Below, in pieces: positions 11,932 to 24,630 of a stretch of DNA of 64,000 nt. The DNA lies in contig NC_068992.1 of the NCBI RefSeq assembly GCF_001194135.2, forward strand, positions 52,433,161 to 52,497,160, written 5' to 3'. Positions within the stretch are counted from its first letter, which is position 1. Every line of letters starts with the position of its first letter. The notes below the pieces were generated by a model that saw only the letters and a list, made by a program, of their open reading frames with translations, did not search any database and was not told the DNA's origin. The translations under genes were made by a program, and so were the position numbers. Source of the DNA: Octopus bimaculoides (Eukaryota).

Positions 11932-14544
11932 ACACACAGATAAAAATACATATACATATATTATCATTGGATACAATTTAATAATATTGTCACTGAATCA
12001 GTGAACTTATATTTCAACCAACTGATTCTGCAGTAGATATATTTCACTATTACTACAAGTGGCACACTANNNNNNNNNNNNNNNNNNNNNNNNNNNNNNN
12101 NNNNNNNNNNNNNNNNNNNNNNNNNNNNNNNNNNNNNNNNNNNNNNNNNNNNNNNNNNNNNNNNNNNNNNNNNNNNNNNNNNNNNNNNNNNNNNNNNNNN
12201 NNNNNNNNNNNNNNNNNNNNNNNNNNNNNNNNNNNNNNNNNNNNNNNNNNNNNNNNNNNNNNNNNNNNNNNNNNNNNNNNNNNNNNNNNNNNNNNNNNNN
12301 NNNNNNNNNNNNNNNNNNNNNNNNNNNNNNNNNNNNNNNNNNNNNNNNNNNNNNNNNNNNNNNNNNNNNNNNNNNNNNNNNNNNNNNNNNNNNNNNNNNN
12401 NNNNNNNNNNNNNNNNNNNNNNNNNNNNNNNNNNNNNNNNNNNNNNNNNNNNNNNNNNNNNNNNNNNNNNNNNNNNNNNNNNNNNNNNNNNNNNNNNNNN
12501 NNNNNNNNNNNNNNNNNNNNNNNNNNNNNNNNNNNNNNNNNNNNNNNNNNNNNNNNNNNNNNNNNNNNNNNNNNNNNNNNNNNNNNNNNNNNNNNNNNNN
12601 NNNNNNNNNNNNNNNNNNNNNNNNNNNNNNNNNNNNNNNNNNNNNNNNNNNNNNNNNNNNNNNNNNNNNNNNNNNNNNNNNNNNNNNNNNNNNNNNNNNN
12701 NNNNNNNNNNNNNNNNNNNNNNNNNNNNNNNNNNNNNNNNNNNNNNNNNNNNNNNNNNNNNNNNNNNNNNNNNNNNNNNNNNNNNNNNNNNNNNNNNNNN
12801 NNNNNNNNNNNNNNNNNNNNNNNNNNNNNNNNNNNNNNNNNNNNNNNNNNNNNNNNNNNNNNNNNNNNNNNNNNNNNNNNNNNNNNNNNNNNNNNNNNNN
12901 NNNNNNNNNNNNNNNNNNNNNNNNNNNNNNNNNNNNNNNNNNNNNNNNNNNNNNNNNNNNNNNNNNNNNNNNNNNNNNNNNNNNNNNNNNNNNNNNNNNN
13001 NNNNNNNNNNNNNNNNNNNNNNNNNNNNNNNNNNNNNNNNNNNNNNNNNNNNNNNNNNNGGCGATCAATAGGGATCGTGTATCACACGGTAATGTTCTCA
13101 TGTAAAAGGAGGGGAGGACAGTTTAGGTTTGGCCGTGGAAAGAAAAGCCTACGGAAAAGACCACGGTAACCTTGGTCAATATTCTCATTGAAGAAACTAT
13201 AAAAGTAAGTGACTCTCTTTTGCCTTTTTGTTTTCTTTTTTTTTCTTGGATTTTTCTTTTTTTTTCATAGGGTTATGCTCAAGATGGCTCCGTCGTTCAC
13301 ACGTGCCACCCTTGCTACATTCACCCATCTTTTTTTGAAGCATTCACTAGACAAGACTTCCCTTTCTACTCTAGATAGATAGATAGATAGATATAGATAT
13401 ATATACATTTGTACCTGCTTTGTGTTTGCAGCTGTATATATATTTGTGGTGTGGTGGGGAAGAACGAGAGGGGAAAACAGAGGGATTGACAGAGAAGCAG
13501 ATAGAAAATATAAGTGCAAAATCTGTAGGAGTAACAAAGAAAAATTGTCATCTTCATCATTATTTTCATCTTCAATATTGTCAGTCATCATCCTCATCAT
13601 CATCATCATTATCATCATCATCAGCAACATCTTCATATTACTATTATCATCAGCATTCCTCACAATATTCTCCCTATCAAAAACGAAAAGAAAATAAATC
13701 TCACGAGGGTGCCTGTGCATATCTTGAAACCTGTTCCTATAAAACAATCTATAATGTGAAGAGGCAATTGTCATTTCTTGTCACTGAGATCTATTTTGAT
13801 ATACTGCTGGGATTTTTACGATCCATTGGAGACCAGTAATCCACAGACTAGAAGACAGGATATCATCGTTATGCACATGCACAGACACTCACATAAACAC
13901 ACGCACACACAAACATACACACGTATACACACACACAGAGGATCAATGAAACAACGAACTTATGTTCAAAGATGTTGCCATAAATATATTTTACTATTAC
14001 TACATGTGATACTGACATATATTATATGCAACACTAATACGTAATACACATTGTTTACATCATCATCATCATCGTTGTCATCGTCTTCATCACCAGCATC
14101 ATCATCCTTGTTGTCGTCATCATCATCATCATTTTAATGCCTACTTTTTTCCTGTTATAAGATGGAATTTACAGGGCAGGTTTTCTATGGCGAGATGCCC
14201 ATCCTATCACCAACCCTCACCTGTTTCCATGCATGGTTGTATTGTTCTCCATGGCTAGATATTTTCTCACAGGACATTAGAAGGGAATGACACTATTAGC
14301 ATGACAGTGACAATGGTTTTCCAACCATCAGACGGTGTCAAGACAAGGAAGCACAAATGCCCCCCCCCCCATGTACATGTGTATTTATGGGTAACCAAGT
14401 ACCTTCTCTGTAGCAAGACACCTGTTTCTGCTTCTCTGTCTCTCTGTCACACGCTAACCTTTTATCATCTGACACAAGATCCCCTCCTCCAATGCTCCAG
14501 CCCCTCCCAAAACTTCTTTTCTTGCAACTTACTTGTTCACCCTG

Positions 14545-14825
14545 CTAGTGCTGGTGCCATGTAAAGTGGCTGGCATTTGGAAGGGCATCCAGCTGTAAAA
14601 ATCATGCCAAAACTGACCTCAACTGACCTGGTGCCACTTAAAAAGCTCTGAGTCCACTCTGCAAAGTGGTTGGTATTAGGAAGGGCATCCAGCCATAAAA
14701 TCCCTGCCAAAAGAGACACAGCAGCCTAGAGTAGTCTACCTAGCTGGCTCCTGTCAACTGTCTTACTCATACATGCATGGAAGTCAGACGTTGAATGATA
14801 ATGATTATGATGATGATGATGATAT
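14545..14825 (+). mobile_element. Older RTE 3' end
   Basis: Two GGAAGGGCATCCAGC modules, then CATGCATGGAAGTCAGACGTTGAA(TGA)n. Confidence 0.75.
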
Positions 14826-15420
14826 ATATATAATTTACACACATGCACACAAACACACTCATGCACACAGACACACACACATATGCATCCACACACATAG
14901 AGCTATGTATATAAATCAATTCAAATTTGACCAAGAACACATGTTGAGTAATTTTTTTTTAATCCTCAATTTTTAATCAGAAATGTTTTTGTTTTTTTTT
15001 AACAGATTTTATTTGATAATCCTGGTCAATTTGAAATATACAAACATATTTCTCACCACGCTGTTAGAATTTACAAGGATTAAAAAGAGCAAAGTTTGAA
15101 GTCAGTTCTGTATAATTATTTCATTTGTTACTGTTTGGCTTTTCTGCATTTCACGGTTTGTAATCCCATGAGATATTTCTCTTACAACAGGTAAGAGAAA
15201 TTTTGTTGTATACAAGGATGAACAGGAGTTATAGAACTGGTTGAAATCTGTCTCAATATTGTCACTTGATACAGTGGTTATTCTCCTCACATAAGAAGTA
15301 AAATTGGCACAAATTAACCATGATTTCCCTGCAGATGTTCTTCATCAAAAAGAAGAAAAAATAGAATAAAAAAAGCATTTCTCAGTAGATTAATTGCTAT
15401 TCAGCAGCTACAATTCATAC

Positions 15421-15461
15421 TTAGTTCATATATCTTGGGATTAAGAAAATACGCCCACCAC
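15421..15461 (-). CDS. Candidate small exon (41 nt)
   Basis: Acceptor TATTATTTTACAG|, donor CTAA|GTATGA. The only frame open to the donor is WWAYFLNPKIYEL (phase 2 to 1), compatible with the 8566-8655 exon. Confidence 0.2.
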
Positions 15462-17906
15462 CTGTAAAATAATAAGAATATAAGGTTAGCTTTAATAATT
15501 AAAATGCTTCAGATTTACAATTTTTCTCTCGATGATTCCTTATTTACATACAGAAGACATCATGTGAGATTTTGCTCACAAAAGATGGTTTACTGACAAC
15601 TGGTTTACATGGTTAATATTGTCACACAGAGGATTCTAATTTTGACAGGTTTTAAAAGAAATCATAAATCTTCCACTGAGAAAATTATAAACAGTATTGC
15701 AGTGAAAGAGAGAATTATTTAAAATTAAGTCCATAGTGATTTGGAGAATACGAGAGAAATTGAAAGGGAGCAAACTTATAGATACAAAATTCTTCTGTTG
15801 TCAGTTATGTCTAGAACACAAAGGTATGAAAATGAAAAACACACATTGGTACTTTTTCTAAGGTGTTCTGTAGTTTATCATAACATGTTATTCTATAGCT
15901 GTATATCAATTGTAACATTATAGTATACAGGGATGTATCATTAACAAGGCTCCACACTACACATCCAGCACCTGAAATTGCCAGCTCTGCTTCTGTGAGT
16001 GACAGCACATTCTCAACTAACCTGCAGTATTTATCAACAGGAAATTCTATCTTATTGCTGCCATCAGAGGTACTTTCTCCTGGTGAACTTCAAACCACTG
16101 GCTGCTAACAACCCAAATATATCATTGTAACATTGACTGCTCCTAAATACTGGCTGCCCCACAAAAAAGAACATGGACCCTAACCACCAATACTTATGCA
16201 GACTGCTGGCTGACCTTCCACCAACCTTATTCTTCCCCTGTAATCCTCTACATTTGTCTCCATAAATGTGGTGTGCTCACACACACGTCTATACACATAC
16301 GCACACACACTTACACACATCAATGTAGTATACTTCTCCTCTCTTCCCTTCACCCTGCTCCAAACCGCCCAGTCTCAGTTCAATGCCAACTCTATCTCCC
16401 AGAAACTCTGTTGCAACTGCACTAGCATACACCTGTCATGCCCACAGACATAAATTACCAAAAGCATGCATTATATATACATACACAAAGACACACAGAC
16501 ACATACATGATCTTCCAGCCAAACACTCACTCATACATTTATACACAAATAGAAGAATGCATATGCTCAAACATGTGCACCCATACTTGCATCCTAAACA
16601 CATTTGTGCACACAAACGTATACAGCGAGCACTAACACATATGTATTTGCATGCATACAGACATGCATGTACATACACTCATACACATACAACCAACGGC
16701 CTTGCTTCTCCCTTTGTAAGCCTGCCTAACACCGAGGTGCCACCATCTTCCTGTCCAGTCATGCAGTCCAAAAAATCCTCCTTTCAAATGTATCTAGTGT
16801 TGCTGAAACACCAATCTCACTTCTAACAAAACCATGTGAACCACATCGACCAATAGCAGCCCATTATCCAGTAGCTATCTTGGACTTCCTGTATTTCTCC
16901 ATTTGGTAATTGGAACCGGAACAAGCTATTTCTGTAAGACGGTTGCAAAACCTGAAGTCACATGGAGCTGAATCAAACTGCTTTAGATAACACACACACA
17001 CATACATTTGACTAAAGTTTATTTGGGCAAAGTTATGATGTACAGCATGTCTTGGACATTTTAGATCTAGACCTGGCAGAACCAATTTCTCTTCAGATTT
17101 AACTAAAGTTGATTTGTTCCAGGGAGAAAGATATGAATCGACTTCAGTGTGGGACTGTACTTAATTGACACTGGAAGAACGAAAGGTGAAGTTGACCAAT
17201 GGAATATTAGAACTCAGTGAGTAGACAGCCTGAATGAATGTTGCTAGGCAATCTATCTGATGCTCTAATGACTTAGCCATTTCACTGCCTAAGTTTGATT
17301 GATATGAGTAGCAGCATCTAAGCACAACAAACACACATATACATATATGTAGCAAGGTTTTTGGTTGATATTAATCCTAAATAATCAATTTTCTAATAAT
17401 GCTATACAGCTAAACATTCTGTCTTTTATCTTATAAAATCGGAAAATGTATTTTTAGAAGAGATCATTATTTGATTAAGTCAGAAATAAGCACATTGCAA
17501 TATAGAAAAGAAAATTGTAATCCTTTAATATAGTTAGATATATTATCAAAATAATATCTTATTTAGATAAGAAATTAATTTCTAAGTATTACTGTGTAGA
17601 GACAGGAAGTAATTAAGAGTAATTGAATAAAACTGGACGAGGTGAGTGATCTTTGTGACACAGACGGAGGGCAACCGGTGTGAGAATCTCTACGTAAAGA
17701 ACAGATGAATATTTCACAGAATCATTATATCTGTATTACCAAAAGAAATTCATTGAATATTTAGACTAGATATACAAAACAGATGAAGGGCAAGACGTTC
17801 ATAATTGGAAAGTCATTGAAGATCTTATAATTGCTCGATTAGACCAGTTTTGGGGTATAACCAACAACAGCAGCAGCAGCAGCAACAACAATGACTACTG
17901 CTACTG

Positions 17907-17943
<37 letters not shown>

Positions 17944-17949
17944 CACTAC

Positions 17950-17995
<46 letters not shown>

Positions 17996-18024
17996 TAATA
18001 ATAATTATTTATTTATTTATTTAT

Positions 18025-18150
18025 TTATTTCTTGCCCACAGGGGGCAAAACATAGAGGGGACAAACAAGGACAAACAAGGGGATTAAGTTGATTACATCG
18101 ACTCCAATTGTTAACTGGTACTGGTTTAATCGACCCTGAAAGGATGAAAG
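18025..18150 (-). mobile_element. SINE family C 3' part
   Basis: TTTATTTCTTGCCCACAGGGGGCAAAACATAGAGGGGACAAAC...GGATGAAAGGCA. Confidence 0.85.
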
Positions 18151-18164
18151 GCAGTAATAATAAT

Positions 18165-18285
18165 TCATCCAGAACTATCAAACCATTGTGATGAAAAATG
18201 GTGTAGACCCAAAGGGCCAATACTGCAATGATGGGATAGAAACAGAGGACCACCTAATCTCTGGATGTAAAGTTTTAACACCTGT
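18165..18285 (+). mobile_element. R4/Dong-clade fragment (zinc-knuckle region)
   Basis: Frame IQNYQTIVMKNGVDPKGQYCNDGIETEDHLISGCKVLTP; immediately preceded by TAATAATAA. Confidence 0.75.
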
Positions 18286-18500
18286 TGGGGCAAGCGAAAG
18301 CGAAATTGTGATGGCACCTGTACCAGTAAATTACTAAGAGCACCGTCCGAGCGTGATCGTTGCCAGAGCACCAGCTGTAGAAACTCTGCCAAATCAGATG
18401 GGAGCCTGGTGTAGCCATCTGGTTTCACCAGTCCTCAGTCAAATCGTCCAACCCATGCTAGCATGGAAAGCGGACGTTAAATGATGCTGCTGCTGATGAT
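18285..18500 (+). mobile_element. RTE 3' end with internal deletion
   Basis: GGGCAAGCGAAAGCGAAATTGTGATGGCACCTG...CAGCTGTAGAAACTCTGCC...GGAAAGCGGACGTTAAATGATG. Confidence 0.85.
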
Positions 18501-18928
18501 GATATATACATATATATATATATATNNNNNNNNNNNNNNNNNNNNNNNNNNNNNNNNNNNNNNNNNNNNNNNNNNNNNNNNNNNNNNNNNNNNNNNNNNN
18601 NNNNNNNNNNNNNNNNNNNNNNNNNNNNNNNNNNNNNNNNNNNNNNNNNNNNNNNNNNNNNNNNNNNNNNNNNNNNNNNNNNNNNNNNNNNNNNNNNNNN
18701 NNNNNNNNNNNNNNNNNNNNNNNNNNNNNNNNNNNNNNNNNNNNNNNNNNNNNNNNNNNNNNNNNNNNNNNNNNNNNNNNNNNNNNNNNNNNNNNNNNNN
18801 NNNNNNNNNNNNNNNNNNNNNNNNNNNNNNNNNNNNNNNNNNNNNNNNNNNNNNNNNNNNNNNNNNNNNNNNNNNNNNNNNNNNNNNNNNNNNNNNNNNN
18901 NNNNNNNNNNNNNNNNNNNNNNNNNNNN

Positions 18929-19014
<86 letters not shown>

Positions 19015-19817
19015 TGTATGCATGTATGTATGTATATACACACACATACCTGTGTATGTATGTATGTGTGTGTACATTCATATGCATATATGAATTAGTG
19101 TGTCAATAAATTGATATATATACAACCTATTTTTGATATCTTATCATTATATTATGTGATATGATGAAGTGAAGTTATTGTAAAGGAGAGATGGAGCTAA
19201 AAAGGGGAAAGTTAGCGACAAACCAGTATGCCTACACACTGCACTATCATTGCTGCTACTGTTTCTACCATCCATTGGATGCCCAGCCACAACACTAATA
19301 TCATGAGGGGGGTAACAAAAGAATTATGAAATGAAAGAGAAGAGACACGTGTTTGTTATCTGACAATGTTAAGGCCAAGAGAAGCTATTGACGTAGTTTA
19401 TACTTTAAATTGAAAACATGGATGTCTTATTGTCATGTAGTCCAGCAAGGAAGGACAATGTTGCTAAGTTAGAAGGATTCTGGACTGTTTATAAAGAAGT
19501 TTGCTGCAAGATATAATGATGAGGCATTAGATTGATTTCATTCAATTAAGGTGGGCACTTAAAAATAGGTGAGAAGCTTTGTGTTGTATGATAAGAATAC
19601 AGATTGCTTGGTGATGAGGATGCTGCATAGGTGGCTTTGGTTGTTCTTGTTGTTTCCAGTATCATTTCTGTAATCATGTAAACCTATGTTACGATGCATT
19701 TCACTCATTATTGTTCCATCCTGTCTTTCTAGAAGTATGTGAGGCTTACAATGATTATAGTTAGTCATCAAGGAGACACATACCCTTTTTACTCTTTTAA
19801 TCTGCACTAAGGGTGGA

Positions 19818-19996
19818 ACCTTGCAGAAAACAGCACTACTCGGAACTGCTCAAATACTCCAGATGGTGCTCGAAAAATAAGGGGTGTTACATTAGTTCAC
19901 TGGTAGTGAACAGCTGGCACTGTAGTACGTCTCCGGTCTTAGAAGCTGTGCAAAGGCAACAACAACAACAAAAATAATAATAATAATAATAATAAT
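19818..19996 (+). mobile_element. Second R4/Dong-like family 3' end
   Basis: LQKTALLGTAQILQMVLEK* C-terminus, a short UTR different from 6235-6400, and a (CAA)n(TAA)n tail. Confidence 0.75.
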
Positions 19997-20397
19997 TTTG
20001 GTACAAAGCCAGCAACTCTGGGGACGTGTCAAATTGATTGCATCAATTCCAGTGCTCAGCTGGTACTTATTTTATCGACCTTGAAAGGACGACAGGCAAA
20101 GTTGACCCCTAGCAGCAGCAGTATTCGAAAATAGAATATAAAATCGGATGAAATGCCGCTAAGCATTTTATCCGACATTCTTTCTTTGTTTTATTCTTTT
20201 ATTTGTTTCAATCATCTGACTGTGGCCATGCTAGAGCATCGCCTTTAGTCAAACAAATCATCCCCAGGACTTATTCCTTGTAGACCAAGTATTTATTCTA
20301 TTGGTCTCTTTTCCCGAACTGCTAAGATACGAGGACGTAAACTCACCAACATCGGTTGTCAAGCAATGGTGGGGAGGGGACAAACACAGACACACAA

Positions 20398-20432
<35 letters not shown>

Positions 20433-20850
20433 TATATACATACAATGGGCTTCTTTCAGTTTCCTTCTACCAAATCCACTCACAAGGCTTTGGTTGGCCT
20501 GAGGCTATAGTAGAAGACATGTGATCAGGGTGCCATGCTGTAGGATTGAACCCAGAACCATGTGGTTGGTAAACAAGCTACTTACCACACAGCCATGCCC
20601 ATGCATATGATTCTGCCTCCTTGCTGCCTTTGTATGAGAAAATATATTGGTTTCAAATTTTGGTACAAGGCCATAAATTTCTGGGGAAGAGTTAAATCAA
20701 TTACATCAACCCTAGTGCTCAACCGATCCCAAAAGGACTAAAGACAAGGCTGACCCAGGCAGTATTTGAACTCAGGACTTATAGTCAGAAGAAATGCTAC
20801 TAAACATTTTGCGCAGCATCGTAACAATTCTGCCAACTTGCCACCTTTGT
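19997..20850 (-). mobile_element. Cluster: SINE C (to ~20180), full SINE B (20185-20600), SINE C (20645-20850)
   Basis: Each part matches other copies in the window; all on the minus strand. Confidence 0.88.
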
Positions 20851-21444
20851 ATGAGAAATATTAAAAATTCTATGAAGCAAATGCCGTCCATGTTTGTCTC
20901 GCACATTGAGTTGCTTAGCTGTGATGGTGCCAAACTATGGTAAACATTTCACAGTTTATAGACCAGAAACCATATCTAAACTGTTGAAGTGTAATACCAT
21001 ACATCGTGTAGCATTGAGCAAAGAGACTGGTATTGCTTTTGACAAATATATACCCAATGTACTGTTGACACACTTGGTTCTCAATCTTAAGAAGTACAGC
21101 AACCCTAATTACAGATTTTATCTGCCCTGAATGCTTCAACATTTATCTGTTTATTTCCTAAATGTTGAACAAGCTATGACAAATAACAAGTGTTTAAATT
21201 GCAATAAAATACGAAACGTTTCTCTTAGAGTCATGAAAACTTCTGTGATATGAGTTGAAGATACCAGAAAATCATGGCAAAACAGTTTTATTCTATGAAA
21301 TAGAACTTCAAAGATTTTTCCAAGATTCTTTCACAATTATGAGAATATCTAAAAAAAATAAACACATTTATTCCACTTTGCTTTATTTGTTGTTTCTGTC
21401 CAATAATGTTCAATAAGGGAAAATAATTATAGATCAATACTAGT

Positions 21445-21690
21445 CAGAGGTAGGATGGTGGTGGTGGTGGTGGTTGTGGTGGGGATTGTGGCAGTGGTGT
21501 TTGTGGTGGTGGTGTTGGTTGTAGTGGTGATGACTGTGTGATAGCAGTAGTGGTGATGGTAGTGTGTTAGCTGTGGTGGTTGTGGCTGTATTGGTGGTGT
21601 TGGTGTTGGTGATGGTGTTGTTGTTGTGGTGATGGTATTGGTGGTGGCAATGATATTGGTGGTGGTGGTGGTGCTGCTGTTGCTGAGGAG
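21445..21690 (+). repeat. (GGT/GTT)n degenerate microsatellite
   Basis: Directly visible. Confidence 0.9.
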
Positions 21691-22843
21691 GGAGAAATCT
21701 GCTGCTATTTCATTGTTCCTTTTTTTTCCAAATGCTGAAAGTTTTGTCAAACATATTCACTTGAGAAGAACCAGAGGAATGTATGCAGTATTGATGGTTT
21801 CTTCTGATATCCTTTGCATTTATGTTAATCTAAGATTCCATTTAAAGATCAAATATTGACATATTGTATTTAGGTTTACTGGGAAAGAGGTTTGTGATTT
21901 TGTTTTCTTGAAAAATTCTAAATTTATTTTAAATACGAAGCAATTTATATAGAAATGTTGTTTGTAATATCTGAAAATTAAAAATAAAAAAAAATATTAA
22001 AAAAAAAAGAAATAAAAAAAAGATTAAGAGAAAAACTTGCATAATTCAGCAATGATGTAGGGATTATGATAGAAACACTAATACAGAAAATATTGCAAAT
22101 TTTCAAAACCTTGTGGATTCAGTGAAAGACACAAAAGTTGATGTAAACAGAAAAAAAAAATTCTTTTAAAATCAGAAAAACTCTGGGAAAAGAAAATAAT
22201 AGCGTTGGAAAATATTCATGAAAACAAAATCAATGTGAGCAGAAGGCTGTATAGAGCAAAGACAGAGTTCTTTGAATAAGATTCCTTCCAAGACATCAAT
22301 GAAGAAATTTCTGCGTTCCTTTTTTTTTTCTTATATAGAAGAGATTGTTAATTGCATTTTTTTTTTTTTTTTGTTACTTTCATTCACAATCTTCTCCTGA
22401 GAATTTGGTGTTTTCTATTTTTTTATATTACAATCTCATAGCATTCATTTAAACTTATTTTGACAATTCTATTACTTTGCAGTCTTTGAACTGATTCTTA
22501 ACCATAGTCAACATTTCACATTTATGGTGAACTAATCTCACTAAACTGAAAACTTTCATTTAGCAAGGTATATTCTGAAAGGAATTGTAAACACCAGTAA
22601 AACTGTCAATAAACTTGGCTGTATAGAAACTCCTCTAATGAGAATCAAAATATTTTCATTTCAGGCCAATGCTAAAACATAAATTAGAAGGTTCGTATTA
22701 AACTTAACTCAGCAAAGAACTTGGTTTTAGGTTCACTCCTACAGTACAGCAGCTTGAGCAAGTGTCTTCACCTATTACATCATAGCAACCAATGTCTTTT
22801 GAGTGAATTTGAAGGATGGAAACTGCAGAAAGTCGATCATGCA

Positions 22844-22997
22844 TGTTATGTCTCAAGCTACTGCTATCTAGCGCCTTCGGACAATCTCTACTCAACCGCT
22901 ACACGACGGCTACTCAACTCCTCTACCACGGCTAGACTACCTCTATTTATATGTCTTGGGCGATCCTACTTCTTTGCTTGGGGGTATCAACACAACA
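22844..22997 (-). mobile_element. 154-bp solo LTR inside an old SINE B head
   Basis: Termini TGTT...AACA, perfect 5-bp TSD ATGCA (22839-22843 and 22998-23002), TATAAATA on the minus strand (22944-22951), CpGs retained. Confidence 0.75.
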
Positions 22998-23094
22998 ATG
23001 CATTTGGCATTCTGTTTACAGTTTACTCTTTTGATATAAGATGTATGTAGAGTACTAAATAGTGGTTATATGCCATGCAGGTTGAATTTTATTC

Positions 23095-23141
<47 letters not shown>

Positions 23142-23983
23142 TGATTATGCATGAATGTTGATATTCCAGGCTTGTCACTGCTTGATCAAAACTGTGATGA
23201 CATTAACAACCATTCTTCGTGCTTTCAAAAATCTCTAGGTAAAAGTTCCTTATATGGAAAACTGCTGAGGGCTCATTGACAACAGTTGCATCCAACTGCA
23301 AAATTCCATCTCAGATAATTCCCCCTCCAGGCCCATGTTAACATGGGAAAATGGTCATGTCAGATATGGGACCATGAGCTGTTGCAGTATGTCACTGCTT
23401 CCACCATTTTTTGGTATCAGATCGGGTCTTCCCAGCAGTGTCCTGTCAGCTCTCATCTCAATGAAATACTTCCGCATCTGCTATGATCATGATGGCAGAA
23501 TGGGCATTTAATAAATGAATGAATGAATGAATTCAGGATGTATAACGAAAGAAAATTTATCTCTACCATGAGATTAAAAATCAGGCAAACAGTAAATTGG
23601 TCTGCTTAGTGGTTCCTCGTTTCAAATAGAGCTTGTGTATGGTGTCCATTGTCATCAACCTATTTGGTCATATGGAAGACGATCTTGAGCAACAACAGTT
23701 TGTTGACATAGACAGATGAAAGTGGAGGGGATGAAATGGGTACTACAGTGCATACCTGGATTTTTTAAAAGAGGATTCAAGAGTTAATTTCATCACCAAC
23801 ACAGGTGAATCATTTACGATGGAGAGAAAGAGTTGTTCTACTAATATATGCAATTTCAAAAATCTGTGTCAGTTAATAAATATGTTATTCCTGCTTTTGC
23901 ATTATGCTTGGAGTAACTCTTTTAGAAAATGTTGGATTGAAAGAATCATTAAACGGTTGAAAAAATACATAGATGTATATGTT

Positions 23984-24630
23984 TGGCGCAGGAGTGGCAG
24001 TGTGGTAAGTAGATTGCTTACCAACCACATGGTTCTGGGTTCAGTCCCACTGCATGGCACCTTGGCAAGTGTCTTCTACTATAGCCTCGAGCCGACCAAA
24101 GCCTTGTGAGTGGATTTGGTAGACAGAAACTGAAAGGCGTCAAGCTGCCAGAAACGGTAGCACGCCGGGCGAAATGCTTAGCGGTATTTCGTCTGCTGTT
24201 ACATTCTGAGTTCAATTTTCTGCCGAGGTCGACTTTGCCTTACATCCTTCCGGGGTCAATGAAATAAGTACCAGTTACGTATTGGGATCGATATAATCGA
24301 CTTAATCCGTTTGTCTGTCTTTGTTTGTCCCCTCTATGTTTGGCCCCTCGTGAGCAATAAAGAAATAAGAAACTGAAAGATGCTCGTCATATATATGTAT
24401 ATATGTGTATATATGTGTGTTTGTGTGCCTGTGTTTGTCCCCGCAACATCGCTTGACAACCGATGCTGGGGTGTTTATGTGCCCGTAACTTAGCGGTTCG
24501 GTAAAAGAGAACAATATAATAAGTACTAGGCTTACAAAGAACAAGTCCTGGGGTCGACTTGCTCGACTAAAGGCGGTGCTCCAGCATGGCCACAGTCAAA
24601 TGACTGAAACAAGTAAAAGAATAAAGATTA
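23984..24630 (+). mobile_element. SINE family B, split by a SINE C insertion
   Basis: Head 23984-24136 and body/tail 24368-24630 are collinear with 32098-32518. Confidence 0.92.
24137..24367 (+). mobile_element. SINE family C with 12-bp TSD
   Basis: TSD AGAAACTGAAAG at 24125-24136 and 24368-24379. Confidence 0.92.

Noticed and set aside
15102-15330. Possible Gypsy integrase remnant (TTVSSDN...SHG) on the minus strand
   Set aside because: Only scattered residue matches; no flanking LTR or other pol domains.
15421-15461. Reading GGRIFLIPRYMN joined to the signal-peptide exon as a UDP-glucuronosyltransferase-like N-terminus
   Set aside because: An in-frame TAA precedes the donor, the expected SH motif is absent, and no other UGT exons were seen.
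16740-16985. Possible Penelope GIY-YIG C-terminus (…RPIAAHY…RRLQNLKSHG)
   Set aside because: The resemblance is too weak and no GIY or YIG motif is recoverable.
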